This document shows, piece after piece, positions 23,840-36,980 of a stretch of DNA of 64,000 nucleotides. A program made the position numbers and the translations under genes. Source of the stretch: Amphiscolops sp. MND2022 (taxonomy: Eukaryota); the NCBI GenBank assembly GCA_964187785.1, contig OZ076409.1:16866001-16930000 (forward strand). Direction: 5' to 3'. Positions within the stretch are counted from its first letter, which is position 1, and the number at the start of each line of letters is the position of its first letter. The notes beneath the pieces are model-generated. The model searched no databases, had not been told where the DNA came from, and worked only from the letters and a program-made list of their open reading frames with translations.

Positions 23840-26335
23840 ATCAATTCTTTCGTGCAAAGGATGCAATATCTTCAATTCCCAGGCAACTCCATTTTGTTCT
23901 TGTAGCACGGAGACAAACGCTTGTCGCCCTGAGTGTCGCAAATGAGATCCTGGTTCGTATCCATGACATAAATTGAGACTATTTTCGCTCCCAGTCTAAA
24001 CAGTCATTCACCCAGACGCTTCAAAAACTGATTGAATTCCGCACCTGTACACCATCTACTGATATGACAAGTGGGGTAAAGGATATATGGCGTTCTTGAC
24101 AGGCATCTTGGTATTTCTGTTTCTTCTCTTGTTCTGCACTTCTCAGTATCGATTCCGTGCTTCTCCCCGAATAGGATTCAGCGTCAGTGTCGGTGACACG
24201 TACATCAAACGCCGCTGACTCTTGTGGGTTCCACAATCCTCTTTCCAGAAGATCTGCATACAGAGCAGTTGTTTGGTTATTTGGAACACCTTAGCGTGTT
24301 ATCGGTTCCCTTCTGATGTCTTTCCAATAAAGTGAAGCTAGATCACCAACAGCATCCCGAATTTCATTATGGCGTAATGTAATAAGACCTCCTTTTTGCA
24401 TGCCAATGCATGCTGAATTGAGAATTCACCTCCGCAGCCGTCGCAATTTCCTGGAAGCTTACTTATTGGCTTCGATAACGCAAGCAGACTGCGTCACGAA
24501 ATTCTTGCGCTGAGAGTGAAAAGTAGTCTTTTGACGAAATTTTAGCTGTCAACCAAGCAGAGTTCTTATTCCCGGCTGACCTTTCCAGAGCCTTCACTTT
24601 TCTTTCACTGCTTGTTTCGAGTATTTGATTTAAGATGCTGATGTTTCTTACTTTAACTGTCTCAGTATGGGCTTCGGGCAATAAGTTCGATTTACTGAGT
24701 TCGAATGTGAACTAGTGGAATGAGTTCGAATAGGAATAGTTTCGAGACACCAAGTTCGAATTTTCGTATCGGGCATATCCGGTGTGTCAAGAATAAAATA
24801 TTACTTCTCGTAAATGTCTCAGAAAATTTTCAATACTTTTCCTTTCTAATATGGGGCAAATCCGGTGTATGCACGCTCGCCCTCACCGTCACAAAGACCA
24901 GCTCCCACAACGATCGCTTCGCGATCTCTGTTCCCGCTAGGTCTTTGCTCCTGTTCGACCTCGCTTAGCAAGATGGGAATATAAGCGACCCCAAGGGGCC
25001 GCGGGGCACTAGATGAATTGGGGAAATATCAGAAGTACTTTTTATACTTACGGCGGTTTGTTCAAAATTCGAACACAGTGATTCAAACTTGTTCCGGTTT
25101 TTGGAAAATTCGAACTTAGTCCATTCGAAATTAAAATTCGAACTTATGCGTTCGAACTTATTACCGTGCCCTTCACTATGCAGTTTTCTGGCCTCTCTGA
25201 CGTTGAAGCCATGTTCCAGTTTATTAAACGTGCAATTTCCCCGAATCGAATTCTGAATGTGGGATGTTGCTAGTTTCGAAGTTGCCAAGGATTATGGAGA
25301 TTCTATTATTGGGTTCTTTATGCCAAGACCAGCGTTGCGGACTGGGAGCGAAAATAAATTACGTTCATCTGCTGATACATCACAATTAAGAATTTTTCGT
25401 ATGAAATTTTGTCTTATCGACTCTTCCACGTTCCATAGCCAATGTTGACAGTTAGGAAGAACTCTAGATAAGAATCCCCATGCATTCTGTAGACATCTTG
25501 TGAACGCGCTCAAAGATTCAAGTGGGTAACTTTCTGCTACTTCTGCTATTTTCTGAATACTCTGTGACCATTCATCAGCTTTAACTCTCAGGTAGTCAGA
25601 TTTCAGTTCTTTTGATCCTATGAAGGAGCCGAGGTATCGGGGCCCGAAACTACATTCACTCCCCGAGGCTCAAATAAGATTTTTGCTTGAGAGATATAAC
25701 CTTCATCCACAATCAGATAACTTTTCATGGGTTCAAGAACATAGCCAAAAGCAGGTCCTTCGTTTCGCAAATTTCTAGCCATTTTTTCAGTGATGTTAGT
25801 TTTCCAAAAGATGATGCGTTGTCGGCATACCATACCTGCACATATTCGGTCGGGTTTTTCAGTTTCTGAATAAAAAGCATTATTGCACATCCATAAAACA
25901 ACATTGCAAGTGGGTCACCCTGCGTCGTTCCCTCCTGGCTCTACAATGTTTCCTTACATCCGGGCACTATCAATGGCGAGTCACCTTGGTAGCAGTTGAA
26001 CAAAAACCTGCAGGATCTTGGCCAAGTGCGTCTAATGTTCAGCATTGCTGTAGACCTCTTCAGTGGGTTAAACTCATTTTTTGCGTCCATCAGAAGTCCA
26101 ACTCCATTTTCTATCTGAGAATCAAATAAATCCGAAAGGGAGTGTATAGCTCCTTCGATGCCTGCTTCCAACCCACCTGCTAGTTGGTCGATTCCGAAGT
26201 ACTCAGATAGGTCGCCCTTGGTGCAGTCTGATGTTGACTTTGCTAACAGCCTTCTTAGACATTCGCCTATACCAATTGGTCTTATGCCTGGGCGTTTATC
26301 CAAAGCTATCAACCGGCATGACATGAGCGCTTAGT
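23840..26335 (-). mobile_element. CRE-clade non-LTR retrotransposon (RT + restriction-like endonuclease), 5' truncated and decayed
   Basis: LIALDK.PGIRPIGIGE, EGAIH, GTTQGDPLAM, WYADD, EFRDA.CLRY, CDGC..H...C, RHNEIRD, FDVRVTDTDA, EKKQKY, FTPLV.SVDG. Confidence 0.9.
24676..25171. mobile_element. PIF/Harbinger-like MITE inserted in the CRE ORF
   Basis: GGGCA...TGCCC termini, inverted TTCGAA-rich subterminal repeats, 3-bp TSD TTC; removing it plus one TSD copy restores the CRE frame KLHSE-AHTE. Confidence 0.8.
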
Positions 26336-28199
26336 TTATTTCTCTTAAACTGTATATCATTGCAGTTTTTTTAAAAGTTGTTTCTACCGGTCGCTTGGGA
26401 TATTGGCTGGTATGAGTAGTTTGTTGATTGTTTTTTATTGTTACTAGTCTGATAGGATAGTGGCTGGTATGGGGTGTCCCCCTTTCGTTGCAGACCACGG
26501 AAGTGTGTCTTCTCCCCCAACATGATGATACACATGGCACTTGATTGATGACGAAGACCCATGATATCTGATAGTGGAAAAAATGTCACAAAACCCATGC
26601 CAATGCAATACTCGTAACGAGTTTATATTCTCCAACTCTGGATAGGCTTCCATCTATCCTTGGAAGACGATAGGGATCTTGTTTGCTAATGCCCCCCAAT
26701 AAAAAAAGATTTCGTATTTTCAGTGTAAAAATAGGTAGTTATTGTTTCGGTAATCATTTCGGACCGGACTATTTTACGAGGTGGCCATTTTTTCAGAAGT
26801 GACGAAAAGTTTTTGAGGCTCAAGTTGTTCATGCAGCGTAAGTAAAAAACTTCTTTTTCGAATCAATAATCGCTTTGTCTTGTTCACACAAGTGTGAAAC
26901 GAAGCTGACTCATGCTTTCTGACATGACTACTATTTTCTGTTCACAACATCGAGCAAACATGCGAGCAATACGTTTTAATATGGGAAATAGTTTGTTTCC
27001 GCGTAGGTGGATATTCTGTGCTGAAATTTTGGGTGACAGATAAATTTTTTGCCAGTAGGCTGGGGGCATTAGCAAACAAGATCCTACGAAACAGATATGA
27101 ATTTGGAATTTTCTGAATGAACCTAATTTTCAAAAAATTTATTTTGTTTTTCAGTCGAGACAGTATCGGACACAATTTTTTGTATGCGATACCGATGTAC
27201 GGAAGGAAAATACACGGTTCTCAGTACACGAGTCAGTTCACTGGTTGTGACGTTGTATCGTGAATTAAATGATCTGCCCACAAATGAGAGTGCTACTAGC
27301 TGTCCCCGGCACATCTTTTTATGCCCACGCCACGCTGATCGTAAAAGTAATTTGTGTTGCCGTTTTTATGATTTTTTGCGAAAAGGAGCGCCTTGTTTGA
27401 AGAATGTGTTCAAAATGCTCATTGTGGATTTTTTACTTGTATTGGTACATATACTCATACTTTATATTTTTTCATCATGTAGTTTTATAATTGTCAATTA
27501 ATAATAATAACAAGACGCCCGCTGAGCACCGGGATATTTTCCGCCCCGAACTGTTCTACAACTACATAAGTTTGAGGCTCAAGAATAAGCCAATGCACTA
27601 TAAAAATGCCAATAAGTTCGAAGAAAAGAAAACTTTGATTCATCGTACCCCTTTTTAAAGGAAACCCCTAATTTATCATTTCAGAGAGCTGGCCACTTTT
27701 CGTTTTTTCGGCACTATGCGACTTACCGAGAAAAAAGAAAGTTTTCAATAAATTTTTTGAAAAAAATTTTTAAAAACAATTTTCAAAGATTTTAGTTTTC
27801 GAGTTTTTCTGTAAAGGAAACAAGTTTCCCGAGTCTTGAGGGTGACCTCTTTGTTACTTTTGATCACGTGGAACTGATGAGTTTTCTTCTTGATTGTGGG
27901 AAATACCTCATTTAGGTTTTTTTCGACTCTGTACCTCTTTCCGAAACTTTCATTTGGTCGAAGTGTACCCCTTGCTTTCATAGCACATTTCGGCTTGAGA
28001 AAAACAGTTTCGCGAGCTGAAACTCGTTTCGCCATAAATGGTAAAAGGGAAAATGGTAAAAGCTTGAAATTAGGTCTGTTTCAAATTTAGGAAAGTTGAG
28101 CGATCCCGGTTTGTTATATTATTGTAAATTGTTTCACCAGATGTGTCAAAAATTGCAAATAGTTTTGACAACTTTAGGGTCAATTTGAGGAACTTTTCG

Positions 28200-30200
28200 A
28201 ACATGAATCTACAGATGTCTCTTCAAAAAAAAGCCTACTGGACACCGAGTTTAGCTGTTGTTGAATGTTTACACCATTCTAACCCACGAGTAGCTCGAAA
28301 CATCTTTCTTAGGAAGATGTACTCCATATCTAGTGAATTTGCTTGGAGGTTTTTGAATGACAAATATTGGACAAATGAGGTTGAAATTTACGTTTTCAAG
28401 TAAAGTATTTGAAAGTTGTGCAAATAAACTTGTCTGATATCTTTTCGGAACACTACCTGTAGCTAGACGTTTCAATCCTGAGCCTATGATATTCCTGATT
28501 GAAGTAAGTTTTAGGAAAGTGTCCAAAATTGGGACTATATTGTCGGAAATAAAGAAAGTTCGGAAACTTTGACACCTTTGCTGTAAACTCGGTGAACTTC
28601 ATGCCCATTTTTCCCACAATTGCGTTTTGAATACCTTATTGTTTAAACGCTGAGGTCAATGAAATTTCTCTTGCTTTAAAACTTTCATGGCTTGAACAAA
28701 AATGGGATTAGTTTGTCAAACATTGTGCTTTTTTGTTGCTTCATGGATTTTTGGTTGTTTTTGAGACCAATTCCGACAAAATATGCAGTTATCTCTTGAA
28801 AATTGCCTGCTGGAGATACCCGGATTAGTTAGTGTTGAGTGTTTAAAACCATTTTATGCAAGGAAGTAGGTAAAAAAAAACAACAAAAAACTGCATGAAA
28901 ATGTAAAAAAAACTTGAAAGTTTTCACTTTTTCCAAAATATTCAGTTTTTCCAAAATATTCAGTTTTCCAAGGCTCACCGAAACAACAAGTTTGCCCACG
29001 CCTTAAGCGTCTAAACACTGTAGTCCACGAAGTCTATCGATATTTTGACAAAAAGTGGAAAAAAAGGAATTTGATATATTTTCGAAATTTTGTCTTTCGA
29101 TCTCGATTCCGGACAATTTCCTATTGAAAAACTGTGTTTATCTCTTTTCTAAGCATACTAGACAACACGTATTTTCCTTGTTGAACCTTTTCAACTTTTC
29201 CAATTGGCGAAGTCTGTCAAAAATTTGGAAAAAATGCATGAAATCTTTGAAAATTGGAAATTTTTGGGAGTTTTGTCATTTTAGGTGTCAATTTGAGACA
29301 TTTTCAATCAGAATATTGCAATTATGTCTTCATTAAAGACTACGGGACGTACCAATTTTTTCATTGTTGACCCTTCGAAACATTCCAATCCACGAAGTCT
29401 GTGAAACTTTAACAAAAAATGCATAAAACTTTACTTTGAAAGTTGGAAAATTTTGTGTTTTTTGTCAATTTCGGTGTCAATTTGAGACATTTTCAATCAG
29501 AATATTGCAATTGTCTTCCTTAAAGACTACGGGACGTACCACTTTTTTCATTGTTGACCCTTCAAAACATTCCAATCCACGAAGTCTGTGAAACTTAACA
29601 AAAAAGGCATAAAACTTTGAAAGTTGGAAAATTTTGTTTTTTGTCAATTTCGGTGTCAATTTAAGACATTTTCATTTAGAAAAATGCAATAAACTCTTAA
29701 AGATGGTCACTGGACAACCAACGTTTTCCTTGTTGACCCCTTAAAAGATTCCAATCCACGAAGTCTCCAAAATTTGACGAGAAATGCGTAGAAACTTTGA
29801 AAAATGGAAAATTTAGGGACTTTTGTCATTTTCGGTGTCAATTTGAGACTTTTTTCAGTTAAAAAACAGCCATTATCTCTTCGGAAACGCCTACTGGACA
29901 ACAAACTTTGTACCATGTTGATCGTTTTCAACATTCTAGTCCACGAATTCTATCGAAAATTCGACAAAAACTGCTCAAAAACGTTAAAAATCTAGACATT
30001 TTTGGTTTTCTTTGTCATTTTTGGGTCTTTTTCTTTCCAAAAAACAGCATTTATTTCTTCGTAAACGACTACTGGACAACTAGTTTTTGTCTTTGTGAAT
30101 CTTTTCAACATTCTAATCCACGACATTTATCGGAAACTCGACAAAAATTGCATTAAAACGTAAAAAAATGCAAATTTTCTTTTTTGGGGGTCATTTTCAA
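28200..30200. repeat. degenerate ~180-bp tandem repeat array
   Basis: CCACGAAGTCT-like motif at ~29025, 29205, 29390, 29577, 29757, 29941, 30118; more decayed units upstream. Confidence 0.8.
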
Positions 30201-30645
30201 GTTATTTTGGGGTCATTCTGGGGTCCTTGGGGTCAACTAAAAAAGTCCGGAAATCTCCACAAATACAATTCGCACGAAGCTAAATTTATGTGAGCTGAAT
30301 TCTATGGGTGAAACCCTTTAGCTTTGATATAAATAAATTCTTGGCAAATTTTGTAAAAAAAACCCGTTCGATTTAAATATTTTCCTTTCCCATATGAAAT
30401 ATGGGCGGAAAATAACAACTTTATTCATCCTGATTTCAATACAAAAAATATTCACTTTATATACATAAACAATAATTTAATTGTGAAATCAGGAAGAGAC
30501 TTCGAAAGGGCTTGCGCCCGCTCAGTAGGAAGCCTCGTGGCATCACAAAAATAAATTGAATAAACTTAACTTGAGTTGGTGGGAAGTCACGAGTAGTAAA
30601 TGAATCAAACTTCCGCTCAGAACACCTCCATGAAAAACAATACTA

Positions 30646-32229
30646 CAGTAGCGTTCTAAAATATCGCAACCTCATTGCTCAATAGCAAAATTCAAAACCA
30701 AATATCTCGTAAACTGTCACCAATACAAAAATTTGCCAGCTACAAAAGTTTCTTAGAATTTTATCGAGTTTACAAAAATGTTTGAAATTTCCACGACCTG
30801 TACTGGAAGTTAGAAAATGCTAATTTGAGAAAATTTTATTGAAATTTGAATTTTTTCGAAAATTGAGTAGCTTAGAATTAAATTCTGATTTTTTTTAAAA
30901 TTCGGAGACTCCCCACAATCTTCCGAACCTACTGAATTGTTTCGATCGAGAATTTGTTTCGAAGAAAAAATGCACTATTTTCTGTCTATAAGCACTGAAC
31001 TACATGTATTAAAATAGGCAATAAGAATTGTATTAAGAAAATTGATCATCTGCATTTGAAATCGAAAAATTTTTTCAATCCAATCATATCAGCGTTCTCA
31101 GGAGATTTGGGGGCAAATGATTGGCTGAACATTTTTCAACTTTTGAAAATCAAGATAAAATGCAAATTTGATGAAATTGTCAAAATTTCCATTTTCTACC
31201 TTTTGTAATTTTTGTCGCAGACAATTCAAACAAACATTTTTGTAAACTAGTAAATATGTAAAACAATGTCAATGTTGGAAAACTTTAATTATAACTTCGC
31301 GAATATATTTCGGACTCAATAATGTCCATCATCAGCAGTTATCTAAAAACACAAAAAAAACTTTATATACGGAAAAATAAAATAGCGAAAAGCGAGTCTC
31401 AAGAATTAAATATGCAACAGACTAAAGTACAGATAGATATTATGAAGGTCAATAATGAAATTGACAACAATCATAAAACACAATCTCCATCAGAGACGTA
31501 TGGTGAGGGGGCGGCTCCGGTATTCGTCGCGCGTGTTCAGACCAGGTTTCTCACGTTCAATATAGAGGGCTTCCAAGGTCAGCAGCTTCGTCAAACTGCG
31601 ACTGCCATCTAGAACCTTGTACTTCCAGTTGTCCGTTCCTGCACATTGCTTTAGGTGACTCCCTACCGGCGCCGTCTCTCTCAGGTGCTCAGTTAGTCGC
31701 GTGCGCAGGTGTCGGATTGTTTGTCCGACATAGCAGGAACCACATCCTGTACAATCGATTTGATAAACCACGCGACTTCTGAGGTCTTTAGAAATTGGAG
31801 CTTTCAGGGAGGGTAGGCAGGTCTTTAGCTTTCTTGTCGTGAACACAACTGAGAGCGGTATGATCTTACGCAATCGTCTACTCAGTTCATCTGATGTTTT
31901 TCCTCTGTATTGTGTTATGAAAAGGGGTCTTTCATCTTTGCCATTCTTTTCAGTCGGTTTCTTTAACGTTTTCAAACTGTCGTGAACCTTCTGCTCCCGA
32001 ATTTTAGTGATGCTGTCATTGATAATAGGGTTGTAGAAGTTGGGAGGGTATTGATTTGCCTCAAGGGATTTCTTTAACCTTTCAATGCCTTTATAGTTTG
32101 TAAACTAGATAAAATTCTAAGAAACTTTTGTAGCTGACGATTTTTTGTATTTGAGACAGTTTTGAAGATATTTGGATTTGAAAATTGCAGTTTTAGGCAA
32201 TGGAGTTGCGATATTTTAGAAGGCTACTG
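30646..32229. mobile_element. non-autonomous Tc1/mariner-type element with ~135-bp TIRs
   Basis: 30646-30780 (CAGTAGCGTTCTAAAATATCGCAAC) is the imperfect inverted copy of 32095-32229; TA on the left flank. Confidence 0.75.
31490..32090 (-). mobile_element. Penelope-like element 3' fragment (GIY-YIG endonuclease)
   Basis: VVYQIDCTGCGSCYVGQTIRHLRTRLTEH..LEALYI..KPGLN; RT thumb remnant NQYPPNFY upstream. Confidence 0.9.
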
Positions 32230-32964
32230 TGTACCGCTTCTGTTGTACTAAATTTCGAACGCGACACTTAATTTTATATTTTGCTGCAAACTTCTAAAAG
32301 AGAAGCTTTTTTTCCGAGCTGGAGACTGGCGAAGTTAGGATGTCGTTTAGTTGGGGTTCTGAGGTTAGAAATTTTCTGAAAATGCCTTCACAGGGACATT
32401 TTTTGACTCTAGTGTTGAAATTTCTGTAGACAGCATATAGACTACACGTTTAACTTTGACGTAGTGTACAAGGCTCTCTTTGAAGAATTGAATTCGTTGA
32501 CAAATCGTTTTTGTCCTTCCCGGAATTTTCCACAATTGCCTTCAAATATAATTCCCATACCTCTTCACATACACCTCTGCCCTCTACTAACCGCCGAATG
32601 TACCTAAGTAACCCTCAGGAAGGGCTACACCGGACATGGACCGTCCAACTGAGCACAGGCAGGGCGAAATGCATGTGAAAAGGAGAGACGATTGAGCACC
32701 ATTTCTTTACAAAATGGCTGCAACCGTTTTAAACTCGGGAATTTTCCTGATGGGTGGATTGACCATCACTAACTATACAGATACTTTACATTAGTTGTAA
32801 TCTTAACGTTTTCTTAATTTCGAATTGAGGTTTCCGGTATACACTTAGACTTTTTCCGAGCTATATTTTTCTCAAGTAGAAGTCACTGCTTCTGGTTGTT
32901 ATTCCCGAAATGAACAACTAATTTATCTAGTCTAGCTCATGGGTTTGTTTGGTTTTCAGGTGGC

Positions 32965-33127
32965 ATGGCAGTTGCTTTTGGGGACGAGAACCTACGAATG
33001 CTAGAATGTTCAATTTGTATGAACTTGCCCAGAAACGCTTTGGAGACCAGCTGTTGCTATCAAGTGGTATGCAAACCATGTGTCGATCAAATGCAGTCTA
33101 GCCAGGGAGACGCTCCTAATGGATTTG
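32965..33127 (+). CDS. RING/TRAF-zinc-finger protein, coding exon 1 (RING N-terminal part)
   Basis: Acceptor TTTTCAG just upstream; LECSICMNLP..TSCCYQVVCKPC; phase-1 GTAAAT donor. Confidence 0.85.
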
Positions 33128-34004
33128 GTAAATATCTTTTTGGTACAACACGATGCCCGAGTCAAACATGATCATGGCGGGTTTCCCGGAGAATTCTGAA
33201 GAAACAATGATGCTAAGACTAGTGAGAAACTTCGAGCTCATCTCAACTGAATTATCAAAAAGCAACCTTTTGCTGAGATAATTTATTCAAATATTTCAAG
33301 TATAAATCTTGTTTTTTTTAGTCAGCGTTTTCGAAGAAAAAGTACGACTCTTTGAGTGGGTACTTTTTTCGTCAGTTGTCACATTCCATTCATGGAATGT
33401 GACATCAGTTGAATGCGATCGGTCAACTTTTTGTGCATTATGCACTTTTACCATAAGTACTTAGTACTTTGAAATACAAAACAATTCCAAAGAAGAAGGG
33501 TCCCCTCTTTCCACTTTTCGACACTATGAGACTTTCCCCCTTTTTTTCGGCTTTGAGATTTTTCGAATTTTTTAAATATCCCTAAAGGGTGGGTCCCCTT
33601 CAGATTTTTTATTTTGCAACAGAATGGATGTTAAAAAACCTCAAAGGGTCCTCTCCTTAGGGTTTTCGGCACTATGCGACTTACCGGAGACATTTTTTTG
33701 AAATTTTCTCAATTTGATGAAATTTTTAGAAAAGCGTCCTTTTTAGTCGGAGCTTTTCGTAGAAAACGCAGACTATAGCAGTGACTTTTCTTTTTTAAGA
33801 CCAACGAAGTGACAGATTTTATAAGCTTCATAAGCTGACTTGAACTAACAGTAAATGCCACACTACTTCGATTGGCACTTGAGATAGAGGTTAATTAGGC
33901 TTTTTTCAGAAAAATTTTGAAAAAAACTTCGAAAAAATGGGATTTTTTTCAATTTTTAGGAGTCGGAAAAAATTTTCGACTACTTATGCAATCGTGTTGT
34001 TTTT

Positions 34005-35450
34005 AGTCGGCGCATTTTAGTAGAAAATGTGCCCGACTATTACAGTGGGTAGTTTTTTTTTTTTTAGACACGAAAGTGCCACTTTTCTTTCTGTCTTTTC
34101 TTTTTGTTCTTTGTTCAGTTCATTTCTTCAACAACTTGGCGAACCTAAGAAGCGCGTCCAAAACGAAAAAGAAAAGAAAACAAACAAAACCTCGACAACA
34201 CACTAACGATCTCCCCTAAGCCTCACTTTTTTTCGGCACTATGCGACTTTTTTTGAAACTTTTTGGATTGCACCAAAGGGTCCCCCCTTTATTTGTTTCG
34301 ATATTTTAAAACACAATGGATGTCAGAAAATTCCAAAGGGTCCCCCCTTTTACATTTTTCGGCACTGTGACACTGTTCAAAAATCACATTTTAAAATTTT
34401 TTGGGCAATTTTTTTCAGTCCTTAAAGGGTCCCCCCTTAATTTTTTTTCATATTTTGCAACCAGCTGGAGTTTCACAAAGCCCAAAGGGTCCCCCTTTTA
34501 CATTTTTCGACACTGTGACACTGTTCAATTCATTTTTAGGAGTCGGAAAAAATTTTCGACTACTTATGCAATCGTGTTGTTTTTTTTTCTCCCGACCTTT
34601 TCATGAAAATTTCAAATTTCTCAAAAACTGTCCATACGATTTTCACGAAATTTTGCACAGTCATTCTACACCCAAAGGGGCTCCTGCGTGTGCAAAGGCA
34701 TCAAAATCGTATGGCTGGGATGTGAGAAACATAGCCAAAATTAGCCCAAAAATGGCCAAAAAACAGCCTTTTTTCGACTTTTTTCAATTTTCTCAAAAAC
34801 TGTCCATACGATTCGAACGAAATTTTCTACAGTTGTTCTACACCATATTAGAGTCCTATTTGTGCAATGGCATCAAAATCGTATGGCTGGGATGTGAGAA
34901 ACATAGCCAAAATTAGCCCAAAATTGGCCAAAAAACAGCCATTTTTCGACTTTTTTCGATTTTCTCAAAAACTGTCCATACGATTCGAACGAAATTTTCT
35001 ACAGATATTCTACACCATATTAGAGTCCTATATGTGCAATGGCATCAAAATCGTATGGCTGGGATGTGAGAAACATAGCCAAAATTAGCCCAAAAATGGC
35101 CAAAAAACAGCCATTTTTCGACTTTTTTCGATTTTCTCAAAAACTGTCCATACGATTCGAACGAAATTTTCTACAAATATTCTACACCATATTAGAGTCC
35201 TATATGTGCAATGGCATCAAAATCGTATGGCTGGGATGTGAGAAACAGCCAAAATTAGCCCAAAAATGGTCAAAAAAAGGGCCATTTTTCGACTTCAGAA
35301 AAAAATACCTAAGCCGACTCCTTTACCGCACATGCGGCTCTGGTTTTTCATATTTTGCCACCAGCTGGAGTTTCACAAAACCCAAAGAGTCCCCCCTTTT
35401 ACAATTTTGAGCCTTAGATATAGCGCCGACTTTGGCCGTTCTCGGCTTGT
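34005..35450 (+). mobile_element. Helentron-type family A copy nested in family B
   Basis: AGTCGGCGC..CCCGACTA 5' end; GCGCCGACT..GCCGTTCTCGGC TTGT 3' end. Confidence 0.7.
34538..35345 (+). mobile_element. Helentron-type family B copy with internal 172-bp tandem repeats
   Basis: Both ends present; GGCATCAAAATCGTATGGCTGGG at 34697, 34869, 35041, 35213 (also ~35567, 35739, 35910 in the other copy). Confidence 0.75.
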
Positions 35451-36294
35451 TTTTTTTCTCCCGACCTTTTCATGAAAATTTCAAATTTCTCAAAAACTGT
35501 CCATACGATTTTCACGAAATTTTGCACAGTCATTCTACACCCAAAGGGGCCCCTGCGTGTGCAAAGGCATCAAAATCGTATGGCTGGGATGTGAGGAACA
35601 TAGCCAAAATTAGCCCAAAAATGGCCAAAAAACAGCCATTTTTCGACTTTTTTCGATTTTCTCAAAAACTGTCCATACGATTCGAACGAAATTTTCTAGA
35701 GATATTCTACACCATATTAGAGTCCTATATGTGCAATGGCATCAAAATCGTATGGCTGGGATGTGAGAAACATAGCCAAAATTAGCCCAAAAATGGCCAA
35801 AAAACAGCCATTTTTCGACTTTTTTCGATTTTCTCAAAAACTGTCCATACGATTCGAACGAAATTTTCTACAGATATTCTACACCATATTAGAGTCCTAT
35901 ATGTGCAATGGCATCAAAATCGTATGGCTGGGATGTGAGAAACAGCCAAAATTAGCCCAAAAATGGTCAAAAAAGGGCCATTTTTCGACTTCAGAAAAAA
36001 AAGACCTAAGCCGACTCCTTTACCGCACATGCGGCTCTGGTTTCCTTATGCGGGTACTGTAGAAGAGAATACTTGACACTTTGAAGTCCTTTTGCTATTT
36101 TTGAGCCTTAGATATGGCGCCGACTTGGGCCGGTCCCGGCTTGTTTATAATACGAATGATCAACCAGCGGCTTGTTTTTAAGACCAACGAACTGACAGAT
36201 TTTATAAGCTTTTTAATCTGACTTGCACTAATACTAAACTGTGCCACACTACTTCTACTGGCACTTGGCATAGAGGTTAATTACGCTTTTTTGA

Positions 36295-36340
36295 GGTCTG
36301 CCAAGCAGAAGGACGTGGGTTCGAGTCCCGCCTTTGACCA
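36295..36340 (+). repeat. partial tRNA-like (B-box) sequence within repeats
   Basis: CTGCCAAGCAGAAGGACGTGGGTTCGAGTCCCGCC; no 5' half. Confidence 0.45.
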
Positions 36341-36734
36341 AAATTTTTTTGTGCATGTTATTTGGATTTTGTTCTAAATGTCTCCAAAGGGTCCCCTTTC
36401 AATTTTTTTTCAATTTTGCAAAAGAATGGATGTTCAGAAACTCCCACAGGGCCCCCTTTTACATTTTTCGGCACTTTGCGACTTACCGGAGACCAAAAAA
36501 AAATCGGATTTTTTTCATTTTGTTCCTCATGCGGGTACTGTAGAAGAGAATACTTGACACTTTGAAGTCCTTTTGCTATTTTTGAGCCTTAGATATGGCG
36601 CCGACTTGGGCCGTTCCCGGCTTGTTTCATATTTGAAAAACATTTAATTTTTTGAACCTTATGGACGAGCTGATTTGGGCCGTTCCCGGCTTGTTTTCGT
36701 TTTTGTTTTTGGGGTGAAATGAGATTTTTTTAAG

Positions 36735-36980
36735 GCATTCCACCTGGAATACGTGCAGGGCCTTCAATTGCATGTCCCCTCTGCCGGCAAGAGAATTTCA
36801 CCACATCTCCTGTGAGAGGAGCCCTGAAGAGACTGATCGACAACATGGATGTGGAATGTGAGCATGGCTGTGGAAGTGTAGTCAAATTAGGAAACATTGC
36901 AGATCACGAAAAGTTGTGTGCCAAGACCAATGTGCTCTGTAAATTCTGCCATACTCCTGTCAGCTGTGATCTTTTTCTCG
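36735..36980 (+). CDS. RING/TRAF-zinc-finger protein, coding exon 2
   Basis: In phase with exon 1: ACPLCRQ..LKRLIDNMDVECEHGC..HEKLC..CKFC; AG/GTTAGT boundaries. Confidence 0.85.

Larger units (their letters stand above)
33958..36042 (+). mobile_element. Helentron-type non-autonomous element, family B (split copy)
   Basis: 5' AGGAGTCGG, 3' CCGACTCCT + CCGCACATGCGG hairpin; interrupted in a T-run from ~34001 to 35450. Confidence 0.7.
33745..36145 (+). mobile_element. Helentron-type non-autonomous element, family A (outer copy, with nested insertions)
   Basis: 5' T-run+AGTCGG with local inverted repeat; 3' GCGCCGACT subTIR, GCCGGTCCCGGC hairpin, TTGTT end; no TSD. Confidence 0.65.

Noticed and set aside
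24985..25012. Helitron 3' end (hairpin + CTAG)
   Set aside because: CTAG is not followed by T, and homology with the second copy continues past it
34690..35960. Repeated ORFs (MASKSYGWDVRNIAK...) as a repeat protein
   Set aside because: Translations of a 172-bp unit (not a multiple of 3) inside non-coding elements within an intron
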